DNA from: Octopus sinensis
Lineage: Eukaryota
Assembly (NCBI RefSeq): GCF_006345805.1
Contig: NC_043004.1
Location: 37,944,001 to 38,008,000, forward strand
Length of the DNA stretch: 64,000 nt
Reading direction: 5' to 3'
Position numbers and translations under genes: made by a program
The notes under the pieces: generated by a model
What the model was told of the DNA's origin: nothing
The model's input: the letters and a program-made list of their open reading frames with translations, nothing else
Database searches by the model: none
In this document: in pieces, positions 1 through 11,533 of the stretch
How the letters are laid out: every line of letters starts with the position of its first letter
Numbering within the stretch: position 1 is the first letter of the stretch

Positions 1-596
1 ATCTTCGCTATTAAATTTGGCTTGAAAGCTGCTTAGCAGAGGGTATGGATTTCAAGGCGATTCTTATTCCTCTTTTTCTCTTCATAAATACAAATAATAC
101 ACACATGTACAAACGTGCGAAGACACGCACACAGACACACACAAATATTTAAATTGAGATTTTGGTTAACACTCGAGTTTCACGCTCTGCGATCTTTTGA
201 GTAACTATCTCTCCTCTTCTTTCTCTCTCTCTGTTTGTGTGTATGTGTTTATCTGTGTGTGTGTGCGTGCTCATGAATATATTTAAATGTATTTCAATAG
301 ATATTGTGTGTATTCAAGTGTATGTGTGCGTTTTCAGAATATTCTTATCTTTATGTCTGTTTCTGTTTTTATATACCTTTATGTAGAAGTTTATCTCTAT
401 ATGTGTATATTACAGTATCACTGTTGAGCAGGCTATCACATGTTGTTGCACTTCCATTTCTTTCTTGATTGCGCCATTCTTTTCCATTTTGGCCTTAATT
501 GTCAAGCTAAATTGTCTTCCGATCGCCATAGAAGCCTTTCGAGTTGTTTTTTTCTGATCTATTGGATACAACTCAGCCACTGCACAGGTCTACCTG

Positions 597-1189
597 GGAT
601 CTTTTTTTTTTGAACAGCAGTTTTCAACATAATTTCTAGTTAAAACCCTATCCCTAAATTTTAGCTTTTTGTTTGTTTGTTTTTTTTCTTAATTGTTAAA
701 TTAATTTAATTGTTACGCGTGTGTCTAAAATTATTCGTTTTGTTTTTGTTTTGAGTTTTTGCTTTCGTTTTAGCTTTTCGTTTTTTTTCTTAATTGTTAT
801 CCTTAAATTAATTTAACAATTAATAAAAAAATGAAAGGCTAAAACTAAAGAAAAAACTCAAAACAAAACGAATAAGTTTAGACACACGCGTAACAATTAA
901 ATTAATTTAACAATTAAGAAAAAAAACGAAAGGCTAAAATTTAGGGTTAGGGTTAGTGACAGGATGTCTCAGTTTTAGACGCAGCAAATGATTTTAGCTC
1001 AATAGAGGCCATAGGATTGGTTAAAATTCGAAAAATTAAACTACGTTAAACTTACAAATTACAATTTTTTCAAGAAAGCCAAGAGAAAAAATGTTTTATT
1101 TTGACACATTCTACCAGTATACGAAGTTTAAAAGTGTTTAGTTAACTAGAAATTGTGTTGAAAACTGCCGTTCAAAAAAAAAAAGATCC
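597..1189. mobile_element. Non-autonomous TIR element (MITE) with 8-bp TSD and GG termini (Merlin- or Mutator-like), containing an internal foldback
   Basis: TIRs GGATCTTTTTTTTTTGAACAGCAGTTTTCAACATAATTTCTAGTTAA (597-643) and the near-perfect reverse complement at 1142-1189; TCTACCTG directly repeated at 589-596 and 1190-1197; same family as 41274-41702 in the opposite orientation. Confidence 0.9.
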
Positions 1190-1671
1190 TCTACCTGTTG
1201 TTTGAGAGACTCACGACACGTTCCGCGCAGCTGGATTTGTGTTTTCAGCATGATGTAAAATAAAAAGGAAATTCACATAAGTTCAGTAATGAATATGAAT
1301 GGATACTGCAATTTCCGTAAGTTTCAAGTAAGATAACAATATACACATAACCCAATGATTATTACGAGAATTTCTCCTTCTTCAGAAGGAATACTAATAT
1401 TATTTACATACAGAGGACACTGGATTTTCAAAATCCTTAGAGCACCGGGCCGGGCAAAATGCCTAGCGGTATTTAGATACAGCCCCTTTCATTCTAAGTT
1501 CAGATCCCGCCGAAGTCAACTGCATCTTCATCCTTACAAGACCTAATAGGTTGACTAAATGTTTCAATAAGGCATTGCAGACATCAGCGGAAAAAGAGAG
1601 TAAAAATGCACCTTCCTCTGAAGAACATAAGATAATGGCCAACAATTTTGAGAGGACAGGTATAGTCGATA

Positions 1672-1924
1672 CCACTGAATTGGAAACAGCACTTTATTTT
1701 ATTGACCCTGAAATGAGTAAAGGCAAAGTCGACCTCATCAGGATTTGAACGTAGAACGTAAAGAGCCCGAAGAAATACTGCAAAGCCTTGATACCTATTT
1801 CTTTACTGCCCACAAGGAGCTACACACAGAGGGGACGAACAAGGACAGACAAACGGATTAAGTCGATTATGTCGACTCCAGTGCGTAACTGGTACTTATT
1901 TAATCGACCCCGAAAGGATGAAAG
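1672..1924 (-). mobile_element. Two adjacent partial copies of tRNA-derived SINE family A
   Basis: Reverse-complement matches to the full copy at 8556-8787 (GGCAAAGTCGACCTC...GATTTGAAC; TATTTCTTTACTGCCCACAAGG...ATCGACCCCGAAAGGATGAAAG). Confidence 0.85.
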
Positions 1925-2918
1925 CAGGATTCTGTGAGATCGCCGCCTTTAATGTAACGTGGATAATAACTTCTCTAAAGACTTCAGACATTGTAACTAC
2001 GTTAGACATTGATATTACTTGCACAGACTGAGGGTGATGCATAGTAAAATCGGTAGAACGTCATCCACAAATTCCTGTGATTTTTAGTAACATCCTCTTT
2101 ATGTCCTGAGTTCAAATTCCGACGAGGTCAACATCGTCCATTATCCTCCTGAGATCGACCAAATATGGTAATAAACCAAGTAGTTGAGCAAAATTACTCA
2201 CTCATAGAAAACAAAAATCGAATTCATCACCGAAACCTCTGACTTTTCCACAAACATTCGAGGTTTCGATGAAGGTTTTCTTTCGTTGGTTCTTTTCTAC
2301 AGAAAAATTCTTTGCTCTATGTGAGACTAACTTTAGCCCTAATATTGCTAGTTTTGAATTGTTTGTCAAAGGGTACCTCCATTTTCACCGAAAAGACTCT
2401 GTGCATTATGTAGATGATCCTGGTGCCTACCCTTTTAATAATCTTCCACGTGCACGTGAGTTTAGGTTTGAATCCATTCCTTCTTTTATGTGTTTATTCA
2501 CCTGACCCTCCTACATTCAACCTCTTAATTTCCCTTTTATCATTAATGTAGTATACGATAAAACTGACCCGGTCATATCATTCTGTCCCTCAAAAAAAAA
2601 AAAAACATTAATGTCTTCTGTAATCTCAATGCACATCATATTAACGGGCTCAATTCTAAAACCATTGATTCTTCTAGAACTCATGTCTTTAATTTCTCAA
2701 TCTTATTCTCAGATAATCATCATACTTATTTTTTATTCGGATCATGAAAACCATAATCCTTTCCTTTTGATCTTTTGTCTCTTTTCAGATCACGGATGTC
2801 TTTTCTCACGTTCCATTAGTTCACTTTGACTACGTTGTAGTTTCTCTAGCTATACCTTTTAACTTCTCTCCTAGCAGTGAGCCTCCATCTCAAGGCTCCT
2901 CAACAATTTTTTTTTACC

Positions 2919-3435
2919 TATGGACCCCTTAGATTACTATTTTATTCTGGTGGATCCCCATAAGCTATTCAATGTTTAAAAACTAGTTTTAGACACTTCT
3001 TTCAAAAGTTCTATTTTGCTTTTCAAATATTTACTTGTGTTCGTTGAAGTATGTTAAGCGTTAGAGAAAGAAACCTAGCTGTTTCTTGCAATAACTACAT
3101 CTAAATCGAAAATTTTTCAGGGGCCCTTAAAATACGCTGTATATTCCCAATTTATTATTTTGTTTGCGTGTACCCTCTTTGATTATTGTTTCATTCTGGT
3201 GAACCCTCATAGCCATTCGATGTTTAAAAACTAGTTTTATTGAAACTTCTTTCAAAATTCCTATTTTGTTTTTCACACATTAACTTGTCTTGGTTGAAAT
3301 ATGTAAAATGTTAGAGAAAGAAACCAAGCTGTTTCTTGCAATACATACCAATACATACATCTAAAGCAAAAGTTTTTCAAGGTTTCTTAAAATACTATTG
3401 TGGATCCCCAATTTACTATCTTATATTATGGACCC
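2919..3435. repeat. Diverged tandem duplication, period about 248 bp
   Basis: TGTTTAAAAACTAGTTTT...TTAGAGAAAGAAAC.AGCTGTTTCTTGCAATA occurs twice (CTAG at 2983 and 3231); recurrent GGACCCC/GGATCCCC motifs. Confidence 0.7.
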
Positions 3436-4979
3436 CCCAAAAATCTTATACGGACCCTCAGGAGCTATGTGGAACCCGCTCCATCTCATCGTAACCATTG
3501 CTCCATCTCATCGTAACTCTTATAAATATCAACAAGGCAAGTGAGATTTTTTTCGGAGATTTATTCTGTGCGATCGCTTATTTTCACTTCCTGTTAATGA
3601 TAGTGACTCAGAGTTACTATCTTGGATTCAGGTTGGTATTAATATTTTCATTCCTCATCAGGGATAAATGGTTTTAAGCCATATTCCTCTCCCAGATTTG
3701 TTTTTGTTTTGTTTTTTTGTTTGGACCTCTACTATTACTCATAAGAAGCTCTTTTCGCATATTCATCACCGAAGTAGTTCTTTAAAATATATTGTTTTTT
3801 TTTCTCATTGGTTAGGAAGTACTTCTGTGAAGGTTCTTGCAGTAGTTTAAAAAACATCAATACATGGAGCAAATCAAATCCTGCATTGTTTCTCAGAAAC
3901 TGGGCTCTCGATGCTTTTGGAATATCTAGACTAGTGTATTAACTTTTATTGAGTCCTCAAGATTCCAAATCGCGGATGATTAAAGAGACCTTCAACCTGC
4001 AAAAATATCGCTAGAATCAATTATCTCGTCTCCCACATCTTATTTCCACAAAGCTACATTTTCTGCAATGTTGCATGTAAAAAAAAAAATAAGACTTAAA
4101 ACTTAACAGAATAGATTCTTCTAACGACATAATATGGACGCTCAAAAAGATTAAACTGAACAATGTGGCAAGTAAACACCAGTAGTCACTAATTTTGTTG
4201 TTTCATCTTTTGTCTAAACCATATTTGTTGTTAGCCATTCAAAGATAGAGACTTCTATGAAATAGGCTTATTAACTGACTGTAAATTTTTCCTGGTTGGC
4301 TTTTCTTTCGTTATTTTTAGTACAATTTCCATTTTAATAAAAGATAATACAAAAAAAAAAAAAAAATTCAAATTCAATTTTACGTGCTTTTTGAAAACTA
4401 CGATGGAAAATTCAAAAGTGGTTACTAGATTCACATATAGTCGAGTATTCATTCAGAAATCGTAATTTTGTTGTGATGCTGTGGTATGATAGAACGATTT
4501 TGTTTTACAGCATTGTGATTCTATATTGAAGCACTCTTTACTGAGGTGGAAACTCATGGGTTTAAATGAAGTTACTATTTTAATATTTCATTGCGTTACA
4601 TATAGCTACTAGTGTCTTGATATTTTTTCAGACGGTAGATAACTTTAGTATAGCCCTCCACCACAAAAAGTTTCCCACTTCTGGTTTAGATAATAATGCT
4701 ACTAAGGTCAAAATAACTTGATTTTATATCCACTTGTTATATTTACATTATTTTAATTTCAGATGATAATGAGACAAATGTCACAAGACCGTAATTTTAG
4801 ATAAAGTTGTAACTTTTACATTGGAATGATTTTTGAACTTATGGCTTTCTGAATGAAAAATGACCGAAACAAGTAAAAGAGTAGGTTTTAAGTGATAATG
4901 ATACCGATGTCATGTTATCGTGATTGCGCAATGAAAAAAGTAAATATCTGGCAACATTCAACAATAATTTATTAAACTG

Positions 4980-5112
4980 TTACTCCGTCGATAGCGGCGA
5001 TGAGGGTTCTTGTTGATCCAATCAACGGAATAGCCCTGCTCATAAAATTAATGTGCAAGTGGATGAGCACTTCACAGATACGCGTACCTTTAACATGGTT
5101 GTCAGGAAGGTT
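4980..5112 (-). mobile_element. 3' fragment of SINE family D
   Basis: Reverse complement matches the 3' tail of 35922-36306 (GTTAAGGGT.CACGT...GGAACCCTCATCG...GACGGAGT). Confidence 0.7.
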
Positions 5113-5149
5113 CAGTAACAAACTGCCATTTGGTATTACAGGTACAACT

Positions 5150-5330
5150 CTAAGGTCACCGTTGTTTTAACATCAGAGCGAATCACAGAAGGTCTTCAAC
5201 CAGCTTACGGAAAATTACTTCCAGATAAGATTCTAAATGTGGTAGGAATTTCGGAACCGGTGTAGTGCTGCACAAGGTGACTATTTCGAAGGAGATTGTA
5301 TTAAAACTTAGTTAAATAGATGAACAACGC
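5150..5330 (+). mobile_element. Mariner transposase C-terminal remnant
   Basis: Plus-strand translation ...VFNQLTENYFQIRF*MW*EFRNRCSAAQGDYFEGD, matching the typical mariner C-terminus W..RW..C....GDYFEG. Confidence 0.7.
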
Positions 5331-5334
5331 CCGT

Positions 5335-6104
5335 TCAGTAAAAGAGATCATTATTACATTCACATTTACGGGATTCTGAAAGAATTTTATTAGTCGCAAC
5401 GATGATGTTCCAAATCACCGCGATGCCAGCCCTTTTGATTCGATTCTATAGACATAGAATAGACATTTTTCAATAAGTTTCCATCAGATTTGATCGATCA
5501 AATAACTTCTGACTGCAACTTGCTTCTTTTATCGTTCTGTCTACAGATGCAGTACAAACTTTGTAGCACCTCGATGCATCTTGAATTTATCCTTTAAAAT
5601 CATGCAGTATGAACTTTCAATGACGCCGACTCCTTCGGAAAATTCACAGAGAACCAGGCAGCGATTTCCACTGTTCATGATACACACTTTAACAATGTAA
5701 CTGTTCTATTTCACAAATTATCATCCAAATTCAGGACCACTTTTAGCTGGTGAACAACCTTACTAGTAATACTAGTGTCACTTGCGGCATATTTCTGCTC
5801 AATCTTTCTGAAAGGTGTGTTGCAACGTGAGAAATATCGTTGTAAAAGTTTTCCCCGAATTTCACACAAACATATTACTCTTCCAACTACTTCATTGTTC
5901 AACTTGTGACTAATCGTCAAGTGCATTAAGCATACGTTCACTTCAGCATAGGTATATCAATAGCTAAATGACGTGGCGTAAAGTTGCCATTAGAAGAATG
6001 AAGGTCAAGATCAACCATACGCAACATTGCTGTTGTAATGTCGCTGCTCTATCAGCTTGGTGTACTGTTCGAAAGAGTTCGCTTTCTTTTTGACAGACCT
6101 CGTA
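5335..6104 (-). mobile_element. Degenerate mariner element, 5' TIR and N-terminal half of transposase
   Basis: Minus strand begins TACGAGGTCTGTCAAAAAG (mariner-type end) and gives frameshifted CVKFGKTFTTIFLTLQHTF and MILKDKFKMHRGATKFVLHL, resembling the mariner HTH and RRV..KFVP motifs. Confidence 0.65.
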
Positions 6105-6679
6105 TAGCTCACTACTGCTTTCTCGTGTTATGATATCCATTTTGTCTCCAGTATATTATACTAACACTAATCTTATATTATTGTGAAAGCATTTCCATGA
6201 TAGTAACATAATTGATCTTTATGTTACAATAACATTGCATCACTGCACAACTTACCTTTAGATGCATTACATATAATTAATATACACTAAACCTTCTAAT
6301 AAAATATTTAATTAAAATTAAAAATACAAAACAATACAGGTTTATAAATAATGTGTATAACAGCAACTGATAACAAATGTGAGATTTACTATCCATAAAC
6401 ACTGTTTATTTTACGCTTCTTTTGATGTAATTGTACTTAATATTATATAAACTTGAGATTGATGATTACCATGTAATCTATGTAGGTTAAGAGTAAGATT
6501 TAAATTTGTTTTGTTATGCTTAGATTCTGGTAGTCTTTAAAGATCTGTTTACAAAACAAAAGTGTTTGTTCTTATCGTACTTAATAAATGTATCTAACTC
6601 CATACTTAATGTTTTCATGCAGAAATTTGCCTGTAAGGAACAAAAATACAAATTTCCATCGTAGATAACAAAAACAAAT

Positions 6680-7175
6680 TCACATTTTGAATTTGAGAAA
6701 CTTCTTTCATATTTTTACTGTTCCGCTTATAGGTTGCATTTGTAATGTACACGTTAGCTGGTTGATTTTCTGAAAACCCACCTTTTCCAAATTGTCACTT
6801 CGTTATTTACTTACAAAACCAAGTGGACCAATTATTATTGGTATAGATGTGAATTTATAATTTGAGTATAGAAGCTGAAAGTTTCGAAGTAGCTGAACGT
6901 AGTTCTCCTGGTACTTCTTGATTTTCGAAGAAATCTCTAAGGTGGGACATACTTTTTCTTCTCTGTACCAAATAACGATGTCTGGTCTGTTATGTATGCA
7001 TCTGATAGCAGTTTTGATGGGAATGTTCCAACAATATTCTTTGTGTTGATGTTTACGTATGTCTTCAAACTCAGCAGGGGGGTGTGTGTGTGTGGTTCTC
7101 TACATTTATCGCTGGTCAAGCATTTTTTCGGATGACATTGCATACTGTTTTAGTGATAACGTCATGTCGCATTCG
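6680..7175 (-). mobile_element. C-terminal remnant of an RLE-type non-LTR retrotransposon (R4/Dong-like)
   Basis: Minus translation MRHDVITKTVCNVIRK...WNIPIKTAIRCIHNRPDIVIWYREEK...ENYVQLLRNFQLLY...IPIIIGPLGFV...GTVKI; the RHD and RPDIV...PIIIG.LG motifs are those of restriction-like endonuclease LINEs. Confidence 0.75.
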
Positions 7176-7176
7176 A

Positions 7177-7180
<4 letters not shown>

Positions 7181-7209
<29 letters not shown>

Positions 7210-7341
7210 TGTATGTATGTATGTATGTATGTATGTATGTATGTATGTATGTATGTATGTATGTGTGCATGTATGTATGCATGTATGTGTGTATGTATGT
7301 ATGTATGTATGTGTATGTATGTATGTATGTATGTATGTATG
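7181..7341. repeat. (TATG)n microsatellite
   Basis: Directly visible. Confidence 0.95.
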
Positions 7342-7829
7342 TTCTGAGTAAACATTTGGTAATTGGGTTCTGATTCAGGAGTTCCAGGAACTTGGTTAGT
7401 GTGGAACTACCTCTTAGCCACTATCACTCACAGTTCTGCTCTAACCCGGACTAGTATCACCTGTCAGGGTCCCAGCTATGCGTTAACTAGCATATGTAAT
7501 GGCAATCTATCTGAGCAGAAATACCTTTAGTTGGTTTCAGAGCATACAGTAAAACCATCGGGAATGAAGGATCCTTATTTGTTGTCATAGCATCCTTCTA
7601 GAAGGCGGACACTGCGATATTTTACGAGATTACTGCTTACGAGGTTCAGCCTGTCAGTAGGTACAAGTCACGGAGACTCAGAGAGTGGTAGTCGTGTTGT
7701 ATCACTACAGTCTAATGACGTTTAGATGTCTCTTTTTATGTGACATCATTCGTTATTTCATCTGTTAAATGTTCTAAGTAGCGACGAGAGTAAACCTCAC
7801 TTATTGGATGCGCACAGTCAGTTACAACT

Positions 7830-7965
7830 TTCGTCTATCACCTATGCACCAAACTGTGCTGATCTGTAACGGAACTGAATAGTCATCTGAGAGGTCATGG
7901 GCGGAGAGTCACTAACGCTATTGACAATGAGGAATCATAAAGAGACGGCAATAATCTGTGAAGAT
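7830..7965 (+). mobile_element. Decayed 3' end of an RTE-like element with a C2H2 finger and (ATGT)n tail
   Basis: FVYHLCTKLC*SVTELNSHLRGH followed by a short tail and ATGT repeats, resembling 18813-19270; the upstream 7341-7830 may belong to the same element. Confidence 0.5.
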
Positions 7966-7984
7966 GTATGTATGTATGTATGTA

Positions 7985-8462
7985 TGTCATTGTTCAGTTT
8001 TATTTCAAGATTTCTTGTCAATAGAGAAAGAGCTGGTTTCTAACCTAGATCCAAGGCTCCTTCATTGGAATTTCAACATCAACAACAGGGTATTTTTGTT
8101 TGTATGCATGTGCAGATTTGTATGCTTTGCTTTATGTATGTATTCTCATGCACATAGTTGCTCATCTAGACATGCTCATATATATTTAAATGATAAACTT
8201 CTGGAAAGTTTTACAGATTTTTACAGTTCCAATGATGGATTGGATCTGTAGTACTTCGAATTAGCTTTCTCCTTCCTGGTTTTGAGAAGCCTAATTTCTC
8301 AAGATTGATATTTAGGTAGTGTGATACATATCCCAGTGGGTAGTAATCCAGCTATTGCTCCATGATAAACTGCTTTGATGATCGTTGTTACTTTCATCTT
8401 GGAGCTTTCTACTAACATATCCATGCATAGTCTTCTGCTCATATAGGCTCATCCTTTCATCT
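7985..8462 (-). mobile_element. 3' end (ORF C-terminus plus 3'UTR) of an RLE-type LINE with (CATA)n tail
   Basis: Minus translation LNINLEKLGFSKPGRRKLIR/LQIQSIIGTVKICKTFQKFII* resembles the end of 6680-7175; 3'UTR repeated at 18675-19550 and 39470-39660; flanked on both sides by TATG repeats. Confidence 0.7.
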
Positions 8463-8555
8463 TATGCATGTATGTATGTATGTATGTATGTATGTATGTA
8501 TGTATGTATGTATGTGTGCATGCATGTGTTTATATGTATGTATGCGTACGTATAA

Positions 8556-8787
8556 GGCGGCGAGCTGGCAGAATCGTTAGCAAGCCGGGCGAAATGCTTA
8601 GCGGTATTTCGTCTGCCGTTACGTTCTGAGTTCAAATTCCACCGAGGTCGACTTTGCCTTTCCTTCTTTTCTGGGTCGATAAATTAAGTACCAGTTACTC
8701 ACTGGGGTCGATATAATCGACTTAATACCTATGTCTGTCCTTGTTTGTCCCCTCTATGTTTAGCCCCTTGTAGGTAATAAAGAAATA
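8556..8787 (+). mobile_element. Full-length tRNA-derived SINE, family A
   Basis: A-box-like TGGCAGAATCG and B-box GAGTTCAAATTCC; flanking direct repeat TATGTATGCGTACGT at 8537-8551 and 8786-8800; many other copies in the window. Confidence 0.9.
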
Positions 8788-9936
8788 TGTATGCGTACGT
8801 GTACCATTAGGTATTTATTTTTTCTACAATTTTTATATTTTTGTCTTTAATAGGGGATGAAGCTCTTACGTAGACTGAAGTTAACGTTTCATTACACTCA
8901 CAACATTCTCAGACACGCAAGTACATACTTTCTCTCTCTCTCTCTCTCTCTCTCTCCTTCTCTCCCTCTTCTATCATTTTTGATTTTTCTGCCTCCCCCC
9001 CCACATATATATACATATACACACATACACGCAAATAAAACGCATATCAGAAAAAGTAGAGAAAAAGAATGAAAAGAAAATCTAAAAGAAAGAGAATAAA
9101 CAAATCCCCCCCCCCCAAAAAAAACCCCAACAAACTAATAAAAAGTCAAGAAAAAGAAAATAAAAACCTTTGTTTCACGCGTGGTTCAAGCTACATGCGA
9201 TACTAAACGGTGGCTCAATTTACGTCTGCGTGAGTAACGATGTTTCACAAGGCTGGATTAGATATGCAAAGTGTTGATATAAGAGCCTCGACCTTGGAGT
9301 GTGGTGGGGCTGATTAAATTCCCTAACAGAAGCACTATCATGATGACACAGCATTTCGGGTTCGATTCCCCCCTTTGTAACCGTTTCGCTTCGTTTAACT
9401 TCTCTTACGTTGCTTAAATGGCTTGCATATAAAAGTCATGAACATTTTACGCGTTTCTACCCACTAACCACATATCGTAAGTAAACGGGTGATCATATTG
9501 ATTACTCGTTGGATAATAGTTGGATATTACAAATTAAGAATAGTTAAACATTTGACTTCTAATTAAAGGTGTTCAAACCATAATGGTCCTACGTTTTACT
9601 TACTTATTTAGGCATTAACTTCAAGATCGAATTTCGTCCATAAACATTCAAACGAATTTCGTCCATAACCATTCTATCTATTTTGGAATATTGTATAAAT
9701 CTGACTACATTACCTACGTGTTCTTTTATATTTAGGCGCAGGCGTGGTTGTGTATGTATGAAGATTGTTTCCCAGCCTCATGGTTCTGGGTTCAACCCCA
9801 TTCCATGGCACCTGGGACAAGTATCTTCTACTATAACCTTGGGTCGACCAAAGCCCTGTGAATGGATTTGGTAGATGGAAACTGAAAGAAGCTCGTCGTG
9901 TGTATATATATATACATATATATATATATAATATAT

Positions 9937-10012
<76 letters not shown>

Positions 10013-10014
10013 CA

Positions 10015-10061
<47 letters not shown>

Positions 10062-10127
10062 CACATATATATATACACATATATATATAATACATATATA
10101 TATATATATATATATACATATATATAC

Positions 10128-10166
<39 letters not shown>

Positions 10167-10544
10167 CATATATATATACATATGTATACATATATATATA
10201 TATACAATATATATATACATATATATATACATATATATAGTGTGGAGCGACTGACCTCCCTTGTTCGAAGGTTATATGGATACAGTTTGTGTATCAAATA
10301 GCTAACTTAAGGCGATGGCCTCATGGAGCTAATAAGCGGACAGCTTTTTTCTTATTTTTATAAGAATGCCATATTAGTATGGCGATAACTATTATTTTCC
10401 GGGAACGCTGCCGCTGTTCTCTTTTTAGAGACTTAGTTATTTTAATATTTCTATTATTGAAAACAAGTGGATGTATTCCACCGAAACTAGGTAAATAAAA
10501 CCATCGAACAGAGATGTCGGAAGCGACACCTACTGGCTGGCTAC

Positions 10545-10586
10545 GCTGCATTGAAAAGGGGCAATACTCCGAAACGCGTCTGTAGC
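10545..10586 (+). ncRNA. Minimal type I hammerhead ribozyme, U3-A8 core variant (copy 1)
   Basis: GCTGCA (stem I) TTGAAAA (core) GGGG-CAATA-CTCC (stem II) GAAA CGCG TC / TGTAGC (stem I'); palindromic stem III ACGCGT; predicted GUC cleavage after 10580. Confidence 0.75.
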
Positions 10587-10907
10587 TGCCGGTCAAGTAG
10601 TGTGGAGCGACTGACCTCCGTTGTTCGAAGGTTATATGGATACAGTTTGTGTATCAAATAGCTAACTTAAGGCGATGGCCTCATGGAGCTAATAAGTGGA
10701 CAGCTTTTTTCTTATTTTTATAAGAATGCCATATTAGTATGGCGATAACTATTATTTTCCGGGAACGCTGCCGCTGTTCTCTTTTAGAGAGACTTAGTTA
10801 TTTTAATATTTCTATTATTGAAAACAAGTGGATGTATTCCACCGAAACTAGGTAAATAAAACCTTTGAACAGAGATTGTCGGAAGCGACACCTACTGGTT
10901 TGGCTAC

Positions 10908-10949
10908 GCTGCATTGAAAAGGGGCAATACCCCGAAACGCGTCTGTAGC
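10908..10949 (+). ncRNA. Minimal type I hammerhead ribozyme, U3-A8 core variant (copy 2)
   Basis: GCTGCA TTGAAAA GGGG-CAATA-CCCC GAAA CGCG TC / TGTAGC with a perfect stem II; distal stem I extension TTGGC/GCCAA; predicted cleavage after 10943. Confidence 0.8.
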
Positions 10950-11272
10950 TGCCGGCCAAGTAGTGTGGAGCGACTGACCTCCCTTGTTCAAAGGTTATAT
11001 GGATACAGTTTGTGTATCAAATAGCTAACTTAAGGCGATGGCCTCATGGAGCTAATAAGCGGACAGCTTTTTTCTTATTTTTATAAGAATGCCATATTAG
11101 TATGGCGATAACTATTATTTTCCGGGAACGCTGCCGCTGTTCTCTTTTAGAGAGACTTAGTTATTTTAATATTTCTATTATATACATATATATACATATA
11201 TACATATATATATATACATATATATATATACGTATATATTATACATACGTATATATATACATATATACATAC

Positions 11273-11312
<40 letters not shown>

Positions 11313-11490
11313 CGTATATATATATACATATATATATATATACTATATATATATACATATATATACGTATATATATATATACGTATATATATATATACAT
11401 ATATATAATATATACATATATATATACATATATATATATATATTTACATATATATATATACATATATATACATATATATATGTATATATG

Positions 11491-11533
<43 letters not shown>

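Larger units (their letters stand above)
10238..11180 (+). repeat. Tandem array of about 2.6 units of 360-363 bp, each complete unit carrying a hammerhead motif (retrozyme-like)
   Basis: Units start TAGTGTGGAGCGACTGACC at 10238, 10598 and 10961; the third is truncated at about 11180; units differ at only about ten positions by eye. Confidence 0.95.

Noticed and set aside
4500-4800. Possible small host exons after TTTTACAG and TTTCAG acceptor-like sites
   Set aside because: Short, with no recognisable peptide and no consistent exon chain; RNA-seq would be needed.
8556-8650. tRNA genes suggested by A/B boxes here and in other SINE heads
   Set aside because: No cloverleaf or acceptor stem, and each continues into a SINE body and tail.
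10238-11180. CRISPR array or rDNA/snRNA repeat
   Set aside because: Whole units are repeated with no unique spacers, and I see no similarity to 5S, tRNA or snRNA motifs.
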